Shown in pieces: positions 12,606 to 23,500 of a DNA stretch of 64,000 nucleotides. Made by a program: the position numbers and the translations under genes. Origin of the DNA: Macrostomum hystrix. Lineage: Eukaryota; Animalia; Platyhelminthes. Position 1 is the stretch's first letter. The number at the start of each line of letters is the position of its first letter. The notes beneath the pieces are model-generated. The model was not told the DNA's origin and ran no database searches. It worked only from the letters and a program-made list of their open reading frames with translations. The stretch is taken from positions 2,294,001 through 2,358,000 of the forward strand of contig CATNEN010000001.1 in assembly GCA_950097015.1 (NCBI GenBank), in the 5' to 3' direction.

Positions 12606-12642
12606 AGCTTGTGCATAAGCCTGTTGCTTTTTTATTCCACAG

Positions 12643-13845
12643 GACTCAGCAACAGATCGATACCATCGCCAGGGCTATGAGCAGCAGCAGCAGCCGCAGT
12701 CATACTCTCGCCAAGCTGATGTCGACGCGGCAGCTCAAAGAGGCGGTATTGACAGAGGCGGCAGCTCAGGTCTGGTGGATATGTACAACACCGACGATGT
12801 CAACGCTCAGCTAGCAGACAGACTCGGCGTTGGCAATGGAGGCCACGGCGTCGCCGCCATTCGATCTTCGGGACCGTCTGGCAGTCGTCCAGCAGCCGCC
12901 GCTTCGTCCTCGGCCGGCGTTGCCACTCTTCTAGCCGAGCTAGAGTCAGCTCACTCCGACATCGCCACTTTGCGTCGCCGCGTTGCCGCCCTAGAAGGCG
13001 AGAATGATCGCCTACGTCGAGAGCTCGACTCCCAGCGAGTTGAAGCCGAAGCCCTGGCGACTAGCCGCGCTTTCGACCTAGTTGAAAGTCTTCAACGCGA
13101 TCAGCGCACTCGTGATCAGGCGGCTGTTCAGCGCATTCGATTAGCCAACACCGAGCGCGACATTGCCTTGGAGCGAGCCGAAGCCTTAGCCGCTGGCAGC
13201 GTTCTGGATCCGGAGCCGTGGCCGGTGGCCTATCGAAATGTTGGCGACGTTGGCAACAGCTACACCGATGGTGATGTTGGCGATGATGTGGACGGTCTAC
13301 TGGCTCGTCTGGAGGCTGCGGACGCCGGCGAAATTATTCAACAGCATCGACAGCAGCAACAGCAGCAGCGTCGTGCGCCGATGACCTATCATCGAGAGGA
13401 CGAAGACGAGGACGCGCCGATATTCGACCACAGAGATGGCGCAGAGAGCCTCGTTGAGACCAACGCAGTTCTGGCAGCTCGCTGCCAACAGCTGGAGGAG
13501 GAGCTGGAAAGTGCTCGCATTCTGTACTCGATGCAGCGCGCTCTGGGTGTCAATCCGACGGCTGCCCCGCGTCAGAGGAACGACGACGATAATGATGACG
13601 AACAGCAGCTGGGAGAAGATGAGGAAGAGACTGCGGCCGGCAATGAGAGCGAATTGCGCGCCAAATTCGAGGCCACATTAGCTTTGATAGAAGAAGAGGC
13701 TCGAACTCGCGACGCCCAGGAAGCTCGCCTAGCTGAGCTGCTGCGCGAGGCCGAGGCCAGGGCTGAAAAAGCCGAAGCCCAACTGGCTGCTGTCGGTCGG
13801 ATGACCGGCGGCGGTGGCGGTGGCCCCCGACGGCGAGAAACCTAG
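12643..13845 (+). CDS. MIPOL1: Coiled-coil protein, MIPOL1 (mirror-image polydactyly 1)-like; single large exon
   Basis: LVESLQRDQRTRDQAAVQRIRLANTERDIALERA resembles the MIPOL1 repeat RDxAxxxRLxLANxERDxAxxR (recalled), and heptad patterns are present. The frame is open from the acceptor ttccacag|GAC at 12643; the first in-frame ATG is at 12781. Confidence 0.65.
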   Translation, partial: DSATDRYHRQGYEQQQQPQSYSRQADVDAAAQRGGIDRGGSSGLVDMYNTDDVNAQLADRLGVGNGGHGVAAIRSSGPSGSRPAAAASSSAGVATLLAELESAHSDIATLRRRVAALEGENDRLRRELDSQRVEAEALATSRAFDLVESLQRDQRTRDQAAVQRIRLANTERDIALERAEALAAGSVLDPEPWPVAYRNVGDVGNSYTDGDVGDDVDGLLARLEAADAGEIIQQHRQQQQQQRRAPMTYHREDEDEDAPIFDHRDGAESLVETNAVLAARCQQLEEELESARILYSMQRALGVNPTAAPRQRNDDDNDDEQQLGEDEEETAAGNESELRAKFEATLALIEEEARTRDAQEARLAELLREAEARAEKAEAQLAAVGRMTGGGGGGPRRRET

Positions 13846-13880
13846 ATAATTGTTTCGTTTAAACTTCCTGACATTTTTTT

Positions 13881-14150
13881 TCAAGGGGCTGCGGGCAATG
13901 GTGCATTATTTGGTGACACGAGACCCGCAGCCAGCGAGGAGACAATTCTGCACATTTCGTTGACTCCTGAGCACACACGCACAGTTGTGTACATCTGCCT
14001 TGACTTCCTCATCGTCAGGCAGTGTTCACTCTCACTTTCAGCCCCCAAGCCTTCTCTCCGCGGCTGCGCCCCAAATGAATGTGGCCTCGCCGCGGAATCG
14101 AGCTTAGGGACCTTCGCGCGAGAGGCAAACGCTTTAACCGCTCTGCCATA
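13881..14150 (-). mobile_element. SINE family A copy, 35 nt downstream of the MIPOL1-like stop
   Basis: Reverse complement matches the family A head and 3' body. Confidence 0.85.
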
Positions 14151-15481
14151 CTTGTCGATGAAAGCGGTCATTGATGTCCTCATAAATGTTTCGGTTAAAA
14201 TATTTATGTATCTTGTTACTAATTGTTGTTAGATTTCTGTTCAGTAAATGCTTATATCTAGTAGTAGTACGTGAAATTGCATCGATTCTTATTACAGGTT
14301 TTGGCATGTACATAATCAGCATCAGCTACCTAGGTTTCTAGTGAATTGGTAAATGCTTATTAACTTTTCTTTGCTTTATCGGTAATTTTGTTGTTTAACA
14401 GTAAAAAGACCACAGAGGCTAAAATCGTCACGAAAAGAACACAAAATAACATTTTCCGCTATTTCCGAGCTGACGGCGGACGGAAAATGTTGAGTCATAT
14501 ATTTTCCTTATGGGCAGAAATGACATGGTTTTTCTACTGGTAAATAAGAAACTGCTTTGCATTTTTTGTGAACCAGTTTACTGTTTTTGGTGGCGTTTTA
14601 AACAATTTCTTCCAGCATTCCATGATGAATAAGGTCTTCCGTGACTGCAGCATTGCTATAAGTCTTTTGTGATCAAATCCCAACTTTTTTCGCAGTGATT
14701 CTAACATATAATATGATAATCAAATATATAAGCAGCATGTTTGTTGTAGGCCACGTTGGCAACATATGCAATAACAATGTCCTTCATAACATTGTTATTA
14801 CGCATAACAAACTGACGAATATTATGTTTCCGGACCTGTAGAGCTATAAATGGTTGTGTTTGATCGATCAGATAAAAGTGCTTAAGCAAAAACAACAGCA
14901 AAAACAACAGCAACACACTGAGACATCCGAGTAACAACCACAACAATAGTGGTTATTTTTTCGCTTTAAAATGTTTTAAATAATTTGCTCTTAGGTTACT
15001 GACGGAAGAAGCACTTTTCTTAATGCACGCATCGACCCAGATCATTGAGTTCACTTCTAATCTGATTAAGACACGTCGTATCTTTTTATATACTGCGTCA
15101 GCATACTGACGTAACCTGATCAGTGTCTAGTGTTTTTCATCTAGTCCTGTACTGGCGATTGGAGGTTTTTCGCTGCTGACTTTGTTGGGTACAGGCATCT
15201 TTGTGCCTGTCTGATTGCATTCCGTCGCGGTGCCTTTTGGTTAAGCAATAAAGTGCAAGAAATATTCACTTCTTGGAGTGACTGGAGTCCATGCAGTGCT
15301 ACGAGCTTGCTGAATTTACTTGCTGAGCTTGGCCAGCAAACTAGGAAAGCGAAAAATATGCGACTTCTCCTACATCAGGGGTCGGCAAACTTCTGCCCTA
15401 ACCTCGAAGCTCCTAAATCCGGCCCGTTGCCCCTTCCTGTATTATCTTTTCCGGCTCTTCTCTTTGTTTTTCTCTCTCGAC

Positions 15482-15680
15482 GAGCGGATAGCTCAGTCAG
15501 TAAGGTGTCGGACTCTGGATCAGATGGTCCTGGGTTCGACTCCCGACCTAGTCTAGAACTAGTCGTGCAGCCTTTGGCAAGCAGCTTTGCCCTGGTGTGC
15601 ACACAGTCTACTCAGCTGCAAATGAGTACCGACATTTCGTCGGATAATTCCCGTTGGTATGGATGTAGGTTGGTATGAGA
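15482..15680 (+). mobile_element. tRNA-derived SINE, family C (CORE-like body)
   Basis: Head gagcggatagctcagtcagtaaggtgtcggactctggatcagatggtcctgggttcgactccc has A and B boxes. It is followed by cctttggcaag...cagtctactcagctgcaaatgagtacc, resembling the family B body. Confidence 0.7.
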
Positions 15681-16262
15681 TAAAATCCCTAGAGTAATCT
15701 AAAATATATTTTAGAGTTGTATTACCTAATATGATATAAAAATAAATACTATGTTGGCTAAAGCAATGCAAAAAATCTTTTGACACCGGGACACTTAAAC
15801 TCGGGAACATCGTAGACCCACGCGTAACAATCAATTGCTGGTGATTCTCCGGTAAATCCTTTCGAGACAACCCCGAGACGGACGCTAGAGCGTATACCGC
15901 GAGCGCTGTTGATTCACCGGCAAGGACGACTCGAGTAGCCTACATACGTTTCGTCTAACGTAGTCCTTGCTCACAAGTAGATCACAATTCCAATACCAGT
16001 ACGATGTTACGCCTACTTGGATACATTTATTAAGGTTTCAATTTAAAGTGCAAAAAATTTGACGTAGCTAATTGAAAAACGCCTCTTATTTGGTCCATTA
16101 CTTTTCACTTATGTGCAGCCGCTTTGAACTTACGAGAATGCAATTTTTAGTTTCTAAAAGTCTCACTCGGCATGACACATATGCTTTATTTTATATTTGC
16201 CCCACTTTATTGTACTTTGGAACACTATAGAATTGCGTCTTCAGCATGAATCGACAGATCGA

Positions 16263-16325
16263 CAGTAGGTCTACCATGAAATTTGCTGCCCGTTTTAATA
16301 CCAATGGGGCGGGAAATTCCTCCCC
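16263..16325 (-). mobile_element. Diverged terminal fragment of the TTAA-flanked MITE family
   Basis: cagtaggtctaccatgaaatttgctgcccgttttaataccaatgggg aligns with the reverse complement of 3615-3671 (cagtaggactaccaagccattttgcagcccgtttttataccaagggg). Confidence 0.65.
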
Positions 16326-17764
16326 ACCCTGAAATTTTCTGGGGTGATTCTATGGCCACAGATTCTAAAATATACAAAATATATCAATCGTCAAAAATCG
16401 CGTTCGTCTACTCTTTTCAGTAGCAGAGTTAGCATTCTTCGTATTTTTTCATTTTGAAAAAATTTTAATTGCTTAATTGCAGACTCCGGCAAATTTTCAT
16501 TCGTTTGCAAAGATTACATTGTGCAGCACTCGCGTTTGTGTGCATACAGGTAGCTGTGCAGCGCCTTGTAAGCTCGAGGAGAGAGCAGAATAAATATTCG
16601 ATACAAATGGCATCATCAGGCGACAAGGATGCTATTCGTAAAAGTGAAAATTGGGCGAAAATAGCTGGATCAGAATAGCACTCCATTATATTCTTTCCTC
16701 CATGGTCAATAGGCGGCATGCGCCGTTTGCGTGGTCTAGGTTCGAGTTTTATGACGTGTTTCTATTTTTAGAAACTCAAGGTCAATTTGTGTCATGCCCG
16801 GTCTGCGTGGTCGAGTTTCAAGGTCCCCGCTTGCTTGCTTAAGGTAAGTTGGTCTGCGATCATAATTTTTAGCAATCAAATTTACTCATCGACAAGACTC
16901 GGTTACAGAATCTAGATAAAGGACGGTCGTTGTTTCGATTCGATGTTTTACTTAGAATACGCAATCGAGCCGAGTGAGATTGCGAGAAATTTTACCTATT
17001 GTCAAAGAAAATTAATGAAAATATTTTTAACCCAAGTAATTTGTGTCCTGGAGTTAGACGAATAAAATCATTTGTATAGTACTTTTACTTTACTACTCTT
17101 TTTTTACTTTTTAGTCTCATAAAATCTAAACAAACAAATAGATTTAGAACACTTGGCAAATGTACATGCCATATATTTTCTATATTTTCCTGGCTAGGTT
17201 AGACGGTAAAACCCTGATCAAATACAAATATTAATAAAGTAATCCTTGAGATTGCAGGAAACAATTTATTATACAGACAATATATGCTTACATGAACATA
17301 AGGTCTAGGAAATCTAGTTTCCAAAATTTCCGTCTCTACACACACATTGCCTGGGTGTAGGTATAGGTTTTCTCTGCCCAATTCGCTGCACTCAAGCAAC
17401 GCTGTTCCTACACTCAGTTGTTGAATGCACCGACTGTGCGTTTCTGTACACTGAACAGTGTCCTAATATTCCCATACCAATCTGAGTGATCGACCAAGAA
17501 AGACAATAGACTATATTTTAGGGATTTGGCAAGTTTCATTTCGCAGGTTGAGCAAGGTATATGCTCTGTGTGGAGCACTTTGTATGTCTGGGTGTGAGCT
17601 AAATATGCGTGGTAAATAAGTAATACTTGGCAAGAGAAAAATCGTTGTTGGCAAAAAAATCGATCGATAAATACTTTGATTTGTCGCGGCAGCAAACACG
17701 CCTTTCCAGTTGGTCTTTTTTGGAGGGGCGAGTGCATGACGGAGCGGGTAACTGACTCGCATCA

Positions 17765-18062
17765 TATGGCACTTCATATGGTGACACTAGAATTCTGCCC
17801 ATTGCGCTGACTCCTGAGTACACACGCACACAAATAATGTACGCAGGCTCACACTCACACAGGTGTGTACATCCGCCCTGACTTTCTCATCGTCAGGCAG
17901 TGTACATTCTCACTGTGCCTTGGAGGTTGGCCCTCAAGGGCGTAAATTGCACGACAAGCCCCCAAGCCTTCTGTCCGCGGCGGCAACCCAATTAATGTGG
18001 CCTCGCCGCGGAATCGAACTTATTGGACATTGTTGCGAGAGACAAATGTGTTAACCACTGTC
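17765..18062 (-). mobile_element. SINE family A copy (diverged)
   Basis: Shares the body and head with the other family A copies. Confidence 0.8.
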
Positions 18063-18721
18063 GGATAGCTTAGCAAAAGTACCGTTTGCGCGCCACTCTA
18101 TTACAGCTAGTTTATTGTCATTGCAGAATTGCCTCCTCGCTGGCTGCAGGTCGACTGAAGCCAGGGCCCTGAAAATGCATGTCAGTTTTTTAATCATATT
18201 ATACACATTTCTCTGAAATACGAATGGAATTCTAATATACCAACGCGAAAAAAATAACTCAGAGATGCGTTGCAAAAAAATATATAGATGAATTCAGAAG
18301 AATTTACCAATCACAATATAGTTTTGCGCATATAGTATATTTTTTAAATATCAATGCGTGCCAACTTCTTTGATTCTGCAACGAACTGGTGTCTCGACTT
18401 GCAGCCGTATTAGGATATATAGTAGAAATAACAATATAACAACTATTGCTAAATAATAGGTACTTTGCTTCACGTATAGAATAAATGGATAATACGAGTA
18501 GAAACTCGGCTAAACACGAAGAAAACAGCAATTAGAGACTTACAGGCAAAATAAAATTGACGAAGGTAATTTGTGTACTTTTTTCGTTAATAATACAATT
18601 AAATTAGTCAAGCTGGTGTTGGTGGGTTAAAGAAAACGGCATTGCTTGCGAACTTTCTAGCGAACAATAGATAACATGACGCAACAAGCGCTTGTTCTGC
18701 CTATTTAAAATGACTTAATGT

Positions 18722-19030
18722 GAATAGGTGGCAAGCCCCGCTTGCGTGGTCTAGGTTCTAGCTAATGTTGTGTTTCTATTTTTAGAAACTCAAGGTCAAT
18801 TGGTGGCATGCCCAGATTGCGTGGTCTAAGCTCGAGGTAATGTTGTGTTTCTATTTCTAGAAACTCAAGGTCAATTGGTGGCATGCTTCGCTTGCGTGGT
18901 CTAGGCTCGAGGTAATGTCGTGCTTCTATTTTTAGAAACTCAAGGTCAATTGGTGGCATGCCCCGCTTGCGTGGTCTAGGTTCAAGGTAATGCTTTGTTT
19001 CTATTTTTAGAAACTGAAGTGGCTTGCCCC
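18722..19030. repeat. 75-bp tandem repeat (~4 copies), with ~1.5 further copies at 16704-16820
   Basis: ggtcaattggtggcatg recurs at about 18793, 18868 and 18943; the same unit occurs ~2 kb upstream. Confidence 0.9.
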
Positions 19031-19977
19031 GTTTTCTTGCTTTACAGTTTTTTCAGTACTTTGCTATCGTTCTGCAAGTCAGCATACACACAAAGTAGAG
19101 TATAAATCTAGAGTTCCTGTACTGTTATGCATTTGAAAAAAAATTCGAACAGCAAAAAAATATATCAGATAATTTACTTTTTGTTATACTCGGCAAATAA
19201 CCAAAAGAAGAAAGTATAGAAACACAAATAATAGCGAATTCTTTATTACACATAAAAAACTCAATCAACAAGACATGTAGGCAATAGATAAAGGGTCTTA
19301 GGATGCACTTTAAAGGATTTGCCTTTCAGCAGCTCGAGTATTTGCGGTTATTGCGAAGCAGAAACTAGACAAAACGATACATCGGAAGCGAAACAGCAAA
19401 AAACAAATATTCCGAAGGACAAAAGCAATTAGAAGCAGGAAGCTGCAATGAATGATGTCTTTTGTAGAGCATTTTTCGCGAGCTAGTACTCATTGTTAAA
19501 TAAATTAAAAAAAGTTAAAACGACAAAAAACCACGACAAGAAAAGCAGAGACACTGGACTAACAGTTAGTGCCGTTCTATAAACCAATAAAATCATGAAA
19601 AAAAAATCTCATGCCGACACAGAATATAATTATAAGCCTGTGTGATAATATTCTCGATTTTAACAATGTAATTTACTATTATATAGTAAATCTATAAATG
19701 AATGTCTGCATTAGGTGGACATTGAAAAACAACCCCAGCCGATATGTGTAGAAAAAAAGTAAAATGTTCAGACATCTGCTGTTTAAATAAAAAGCTAGGG
19801 TATTATAACGACACGACAAATTGTAAATGGATAAAAACAGACTAAACGAAAATGGGTTCATAATTTAACCAAAACCTCGAATACTAAAATAACAGCACAA
19901 AATTATTTGAATAGGGAAGCATGCTATGTAGCTCGAAAAATTATAATTCAGAGTTGCTAAAAATAAATTCAAATAAG

Positions 19978-20145
19978 ACTGTGTACAGCTGTTCAGTCCA
20001 TGGACAGGAGAGGTCGCCAAACCCAGAAAATGCTGGTACCGGTTAGGGTTAGGGTTAGGGTTAGGGTATGGGGAAAAAGAGCATCTTGCTCATTGACACA
20101 AACAATTTCTTTTCAGCTGTGACTCGAACTCCCGACCTCTCAGTA
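19978..20145 (-). mobile_element. Degenerate SINE family B copy with an internal (TTAGGG)4 patch
   Basis: ctgttcagtccatggac...atgctggtacc and tcttgctcattgacacaaac...tcgaactcccgacct align to 44660-44830. TTAGGG x4 lies at 20043-20066. Confidence 0.75.
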
Positions 20146-20576
20146 AAAATCCGAAGCTGCAGTCTTAAATGTTTATACGCAAGTGGAAAATGGCGGTATA
20201 AAATGAAACGACTTTAAAACAAACCAGTCCAAAATAAAAGTACGAGGCATTGCATAACAGTTGAACAAACACTGAACATAATTAGAGATTGCAGATTGGA
20301 AGCAACAATTGTCAAGAGGCCAAGACTAACAAACAATTCTAAGTGTTCTCACGGGCTCACAAATTATCCGAACCAATGACCACCGCACTAGCAGTGAATT
20401 CTACAGATGTCTATGGCCCAATCCAATGCGAAAACATTCTTAACCCCTCCCCTCCAGATACTTGCGTGCTTAGCAGGTGGTCCTTGGTTCGAATCCGATT
20501 CGAAGCCACAATTTCAAAATTTAAGTCCGCAATAAACACGTGTGCGAGCATGCGAGATTTACCATCCTGTGGAAGA

Positions 20577-23500
20577 TTAGGAAGATTGCTGAGCAGTAGC
20601 CTGAGGCGGTTTCACCGGAGCAGCATCGGCAGCGCCACCGGCGCCCGGTGCGGCAGTTCCGCCAGGCCCTTTTTTAGTTAGCAACGAATTGAAGAATGTC
20701 GCCAACACGCCGTCGTTGGCGCCCATAGCAGCTGCGGCAGCCGAAGCGCCGCCAGCGCCGCCACCGCCGCCGACTCCGCCTGGAACTCCGCGACCACCCG
20801 AGCCGACGCCGGCTCCACCGACGCCGCCAGAGCCGCCGGAGCCAGCCGGCGTCGCCTTCAACAGGCTGGCCTGCAGCCTACAGAGGAACACCTGTTCATC
20901 TTCGGCGACTTGCTCGGCTTCGTCTGCCGCGCCTCGGCGCTGATTGGCTGAGCCAGTGCCGCCGGACGATCCAACGCCGGTCATGCCGCTAGAGGCTGCG
21001 GCTGCGGCTGCGGCTGATGCGGTCGGTTTAGGCAGCACCTCGTGATAGGCGGAGTCGGCCAGAGCTGCGGCAGGACCTCCGGCTAGCAGCAGAGCGGCTT
21101 TAGCTGGACTGTCCCAGCCGGCGGGCACAAATACGCAGTCGCGTTCCAGCACGTAGGCCGGCTGCTTGCAGGGCAGGCCATAGACTCTGTGCAATAGGTA
21201 CTGCCGCAGTAGGGTACAGTTGCGATCCTCGCGGGCAGAAGTGTACACCAGAGCCGCGCCATCTGCCGTGGGCGACATTTGTTAGATTAGCGATTGTTGG
21301 CGGGGAATAAATGCTTTGGGATTAAAACATGACCGATTCTGAATTGAACTATGACCGATTCTGGATTGAACTATGACCGATTCTGAATTGAACTATGACC
21401 GATTCTGGATTGAACTATGACCGATTCTGGATTGAACTATGACCGGTTCTGGATTGAACTATGACCGATTCTGGGTTGAACTATGACCGATTCTGGATTG
21501 AACTATGACCGATTCTGGATTGAACTATGACCGATTCTGGATTGAACTATGACCGATTCTGAATTGAACTATGACCGATTCTGGGTTGAACTATGACCGA
21601 TTCTGGATTGAACTATGACCGATTCTGGATTGAACTATGACCGGTTCTGGATTGAACTATGACCGATTCTGGGTTGAACTATGACCGATTCTGGATTGAA
21701 CTATGACCGATTCTGGATTGAACTATGACCGATTCTGGATTGAACTATGACCGATTCTGAATTGAACTATGACCGATTCTGGGTTGAACTATGACCGATT
21801 CTGAATTGAACTATGACCGATTCTGAATTGAACTATGACCGATTCTGGGTTGAACTATGACCGATTCTGGATTGAACTATGACCGATTTAGGATTGAACT
21901 ATGACCGATTCTGGATTGAACTATGACCGATTCTGGATTGAACTATGACCGATTCTGAATTGAACTATGACCGATTCTGGGTTGAACTATGACCGATTCT
22001 GAATTGAACTATGACCGATTCTGAATTGATCTATGACCGATTCTGGGTTGAACTATGACCGATTCTGAATTGAACTATGACCGATTTAGGATTGAACTAT
22101 GACCGATTCTGGGTTGAACTATGACCGATTCTGGGTTGAACTATGACCGATTTAGGATTGAACTATGACCGATTTCGGATTGAACTATGACAGATTCTGA
22201 ATTGAACTATGACCGATTTAGGATTGAACTATGACCGATTCCGGATTGAACTATGACAGATTCTAGATTAAACTATGACCGATTCTGAATTGAACTATGA
22301 CCAATTCTTGATTAAACTATGATTGAATTTTATTAAGATCGACAACTATGTGATAATTTTAACGTCTAACCAAAGTAACAAAGTAAAAAGGACTCACATT
22401 TCAAGCAGAACTTTCTCAGATGATACTGCAAAAAGTCGAACTGTTCCTCTTTATAATCTAGGTCCCGTTCCAAACTGCCAGCCATCAGGTCGGCCTTGGT
22501 GATGACGACAACTAGCGGCAAGCCGATATTGCAGGCGAATACACCGTCAGGCAGTGGCAGGGCCACCTTGTCAGGGTCGGTCGGCGGATGCAGAGGATTC
22601 ACAGCCCCCGCGGTGGCAGCTCGTCGGAGATGCCCGGCTTCGGCCAGTGTTGGCTGCGAAGGCACTGTCACATTGCTGGCGTCACCGCCAGCGTTGCCAT
22701 TGGCAACAATGGCGCCGTCAATCTCCGGCTCGGTGTAGTCTTGAAACTGGCGAACTAACGAATCGCGAGCCTCCTTAACTTCGTCCGGGTCTAGGCCGAG
22801 ACGATCCACGTGCCTGACAGTAACGAATTTGGGATTCTCGTTATGTGAGGCCACATTAAATTGGGGCGCAGCCGCGGAGAGAAGGCTTAGGGGCTTGTCG
22901 TGCAATTTACGCCCTTGAGGGCCAACCTCCAAGGCACAGTGAGACTGTACACTGCCTGACGATGAGAAAGTCAGGGCAGATGTACACACCTGTGTGAGTG
23001 TGTGCTCATGAGTCAGCGAAATGGGCAGAATTGCCTCCTCGCTGGCTGCGGGTCTAGTGTCACCAACTGATGTGCCATTGCCTGCAAGTTAGGGTCCATA
23101 TTTAAACAAGAAATCCAAAAAAGTAATGTCCTTCATTGCACAGAATCCATAGCAGTCTCACCTATTGAGAATATCTGCCCACTGCTGCAGCGAGTCCATC
23201 AGTACCCAGGGAGCCTCAGCACTGCCAACCAGTACAGCCAGGCTGTGCTGATAGCTTGACTTGGTCAGGGCAAATCTCAAAAGATTCTGATGCCTGGGAT
23301 CGCCGTCAAGAATCCAAACTCCCAGACGATGCTCGCCTTCCATTGACGGACCAACGCCGCCGACAATACCGCCAGCCGAGGCGGCATCACTAGCGGTCAC
23401 TTCTAAGCAGTGATACTCGAGACCGTGGCCGCGCTTGGCCAGTTCGTCACTGCCCCGGAGACGGCTGATCAGATTTGTCTTGCCGCTGCCAATATCGCCC

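Noticed and set aside
22814-22989. SINE-derived N-terminal extension of the DYNC1LI ORF (22366-22989)
   Set aside because: The true exon starts at the acceptor at 22813, in frame with the previous exon. The upstream open frame is fortuitous intronic SINE sequence.
22955-23030. Hammerhead ribozyme in SINE A (ctgacga...gcgaaa)
   Set aside because: Stem II cannot close directly between CUGACGA and GAAA (U opposite C), and ctgac is sequestered in its own hairpin with gtcag.
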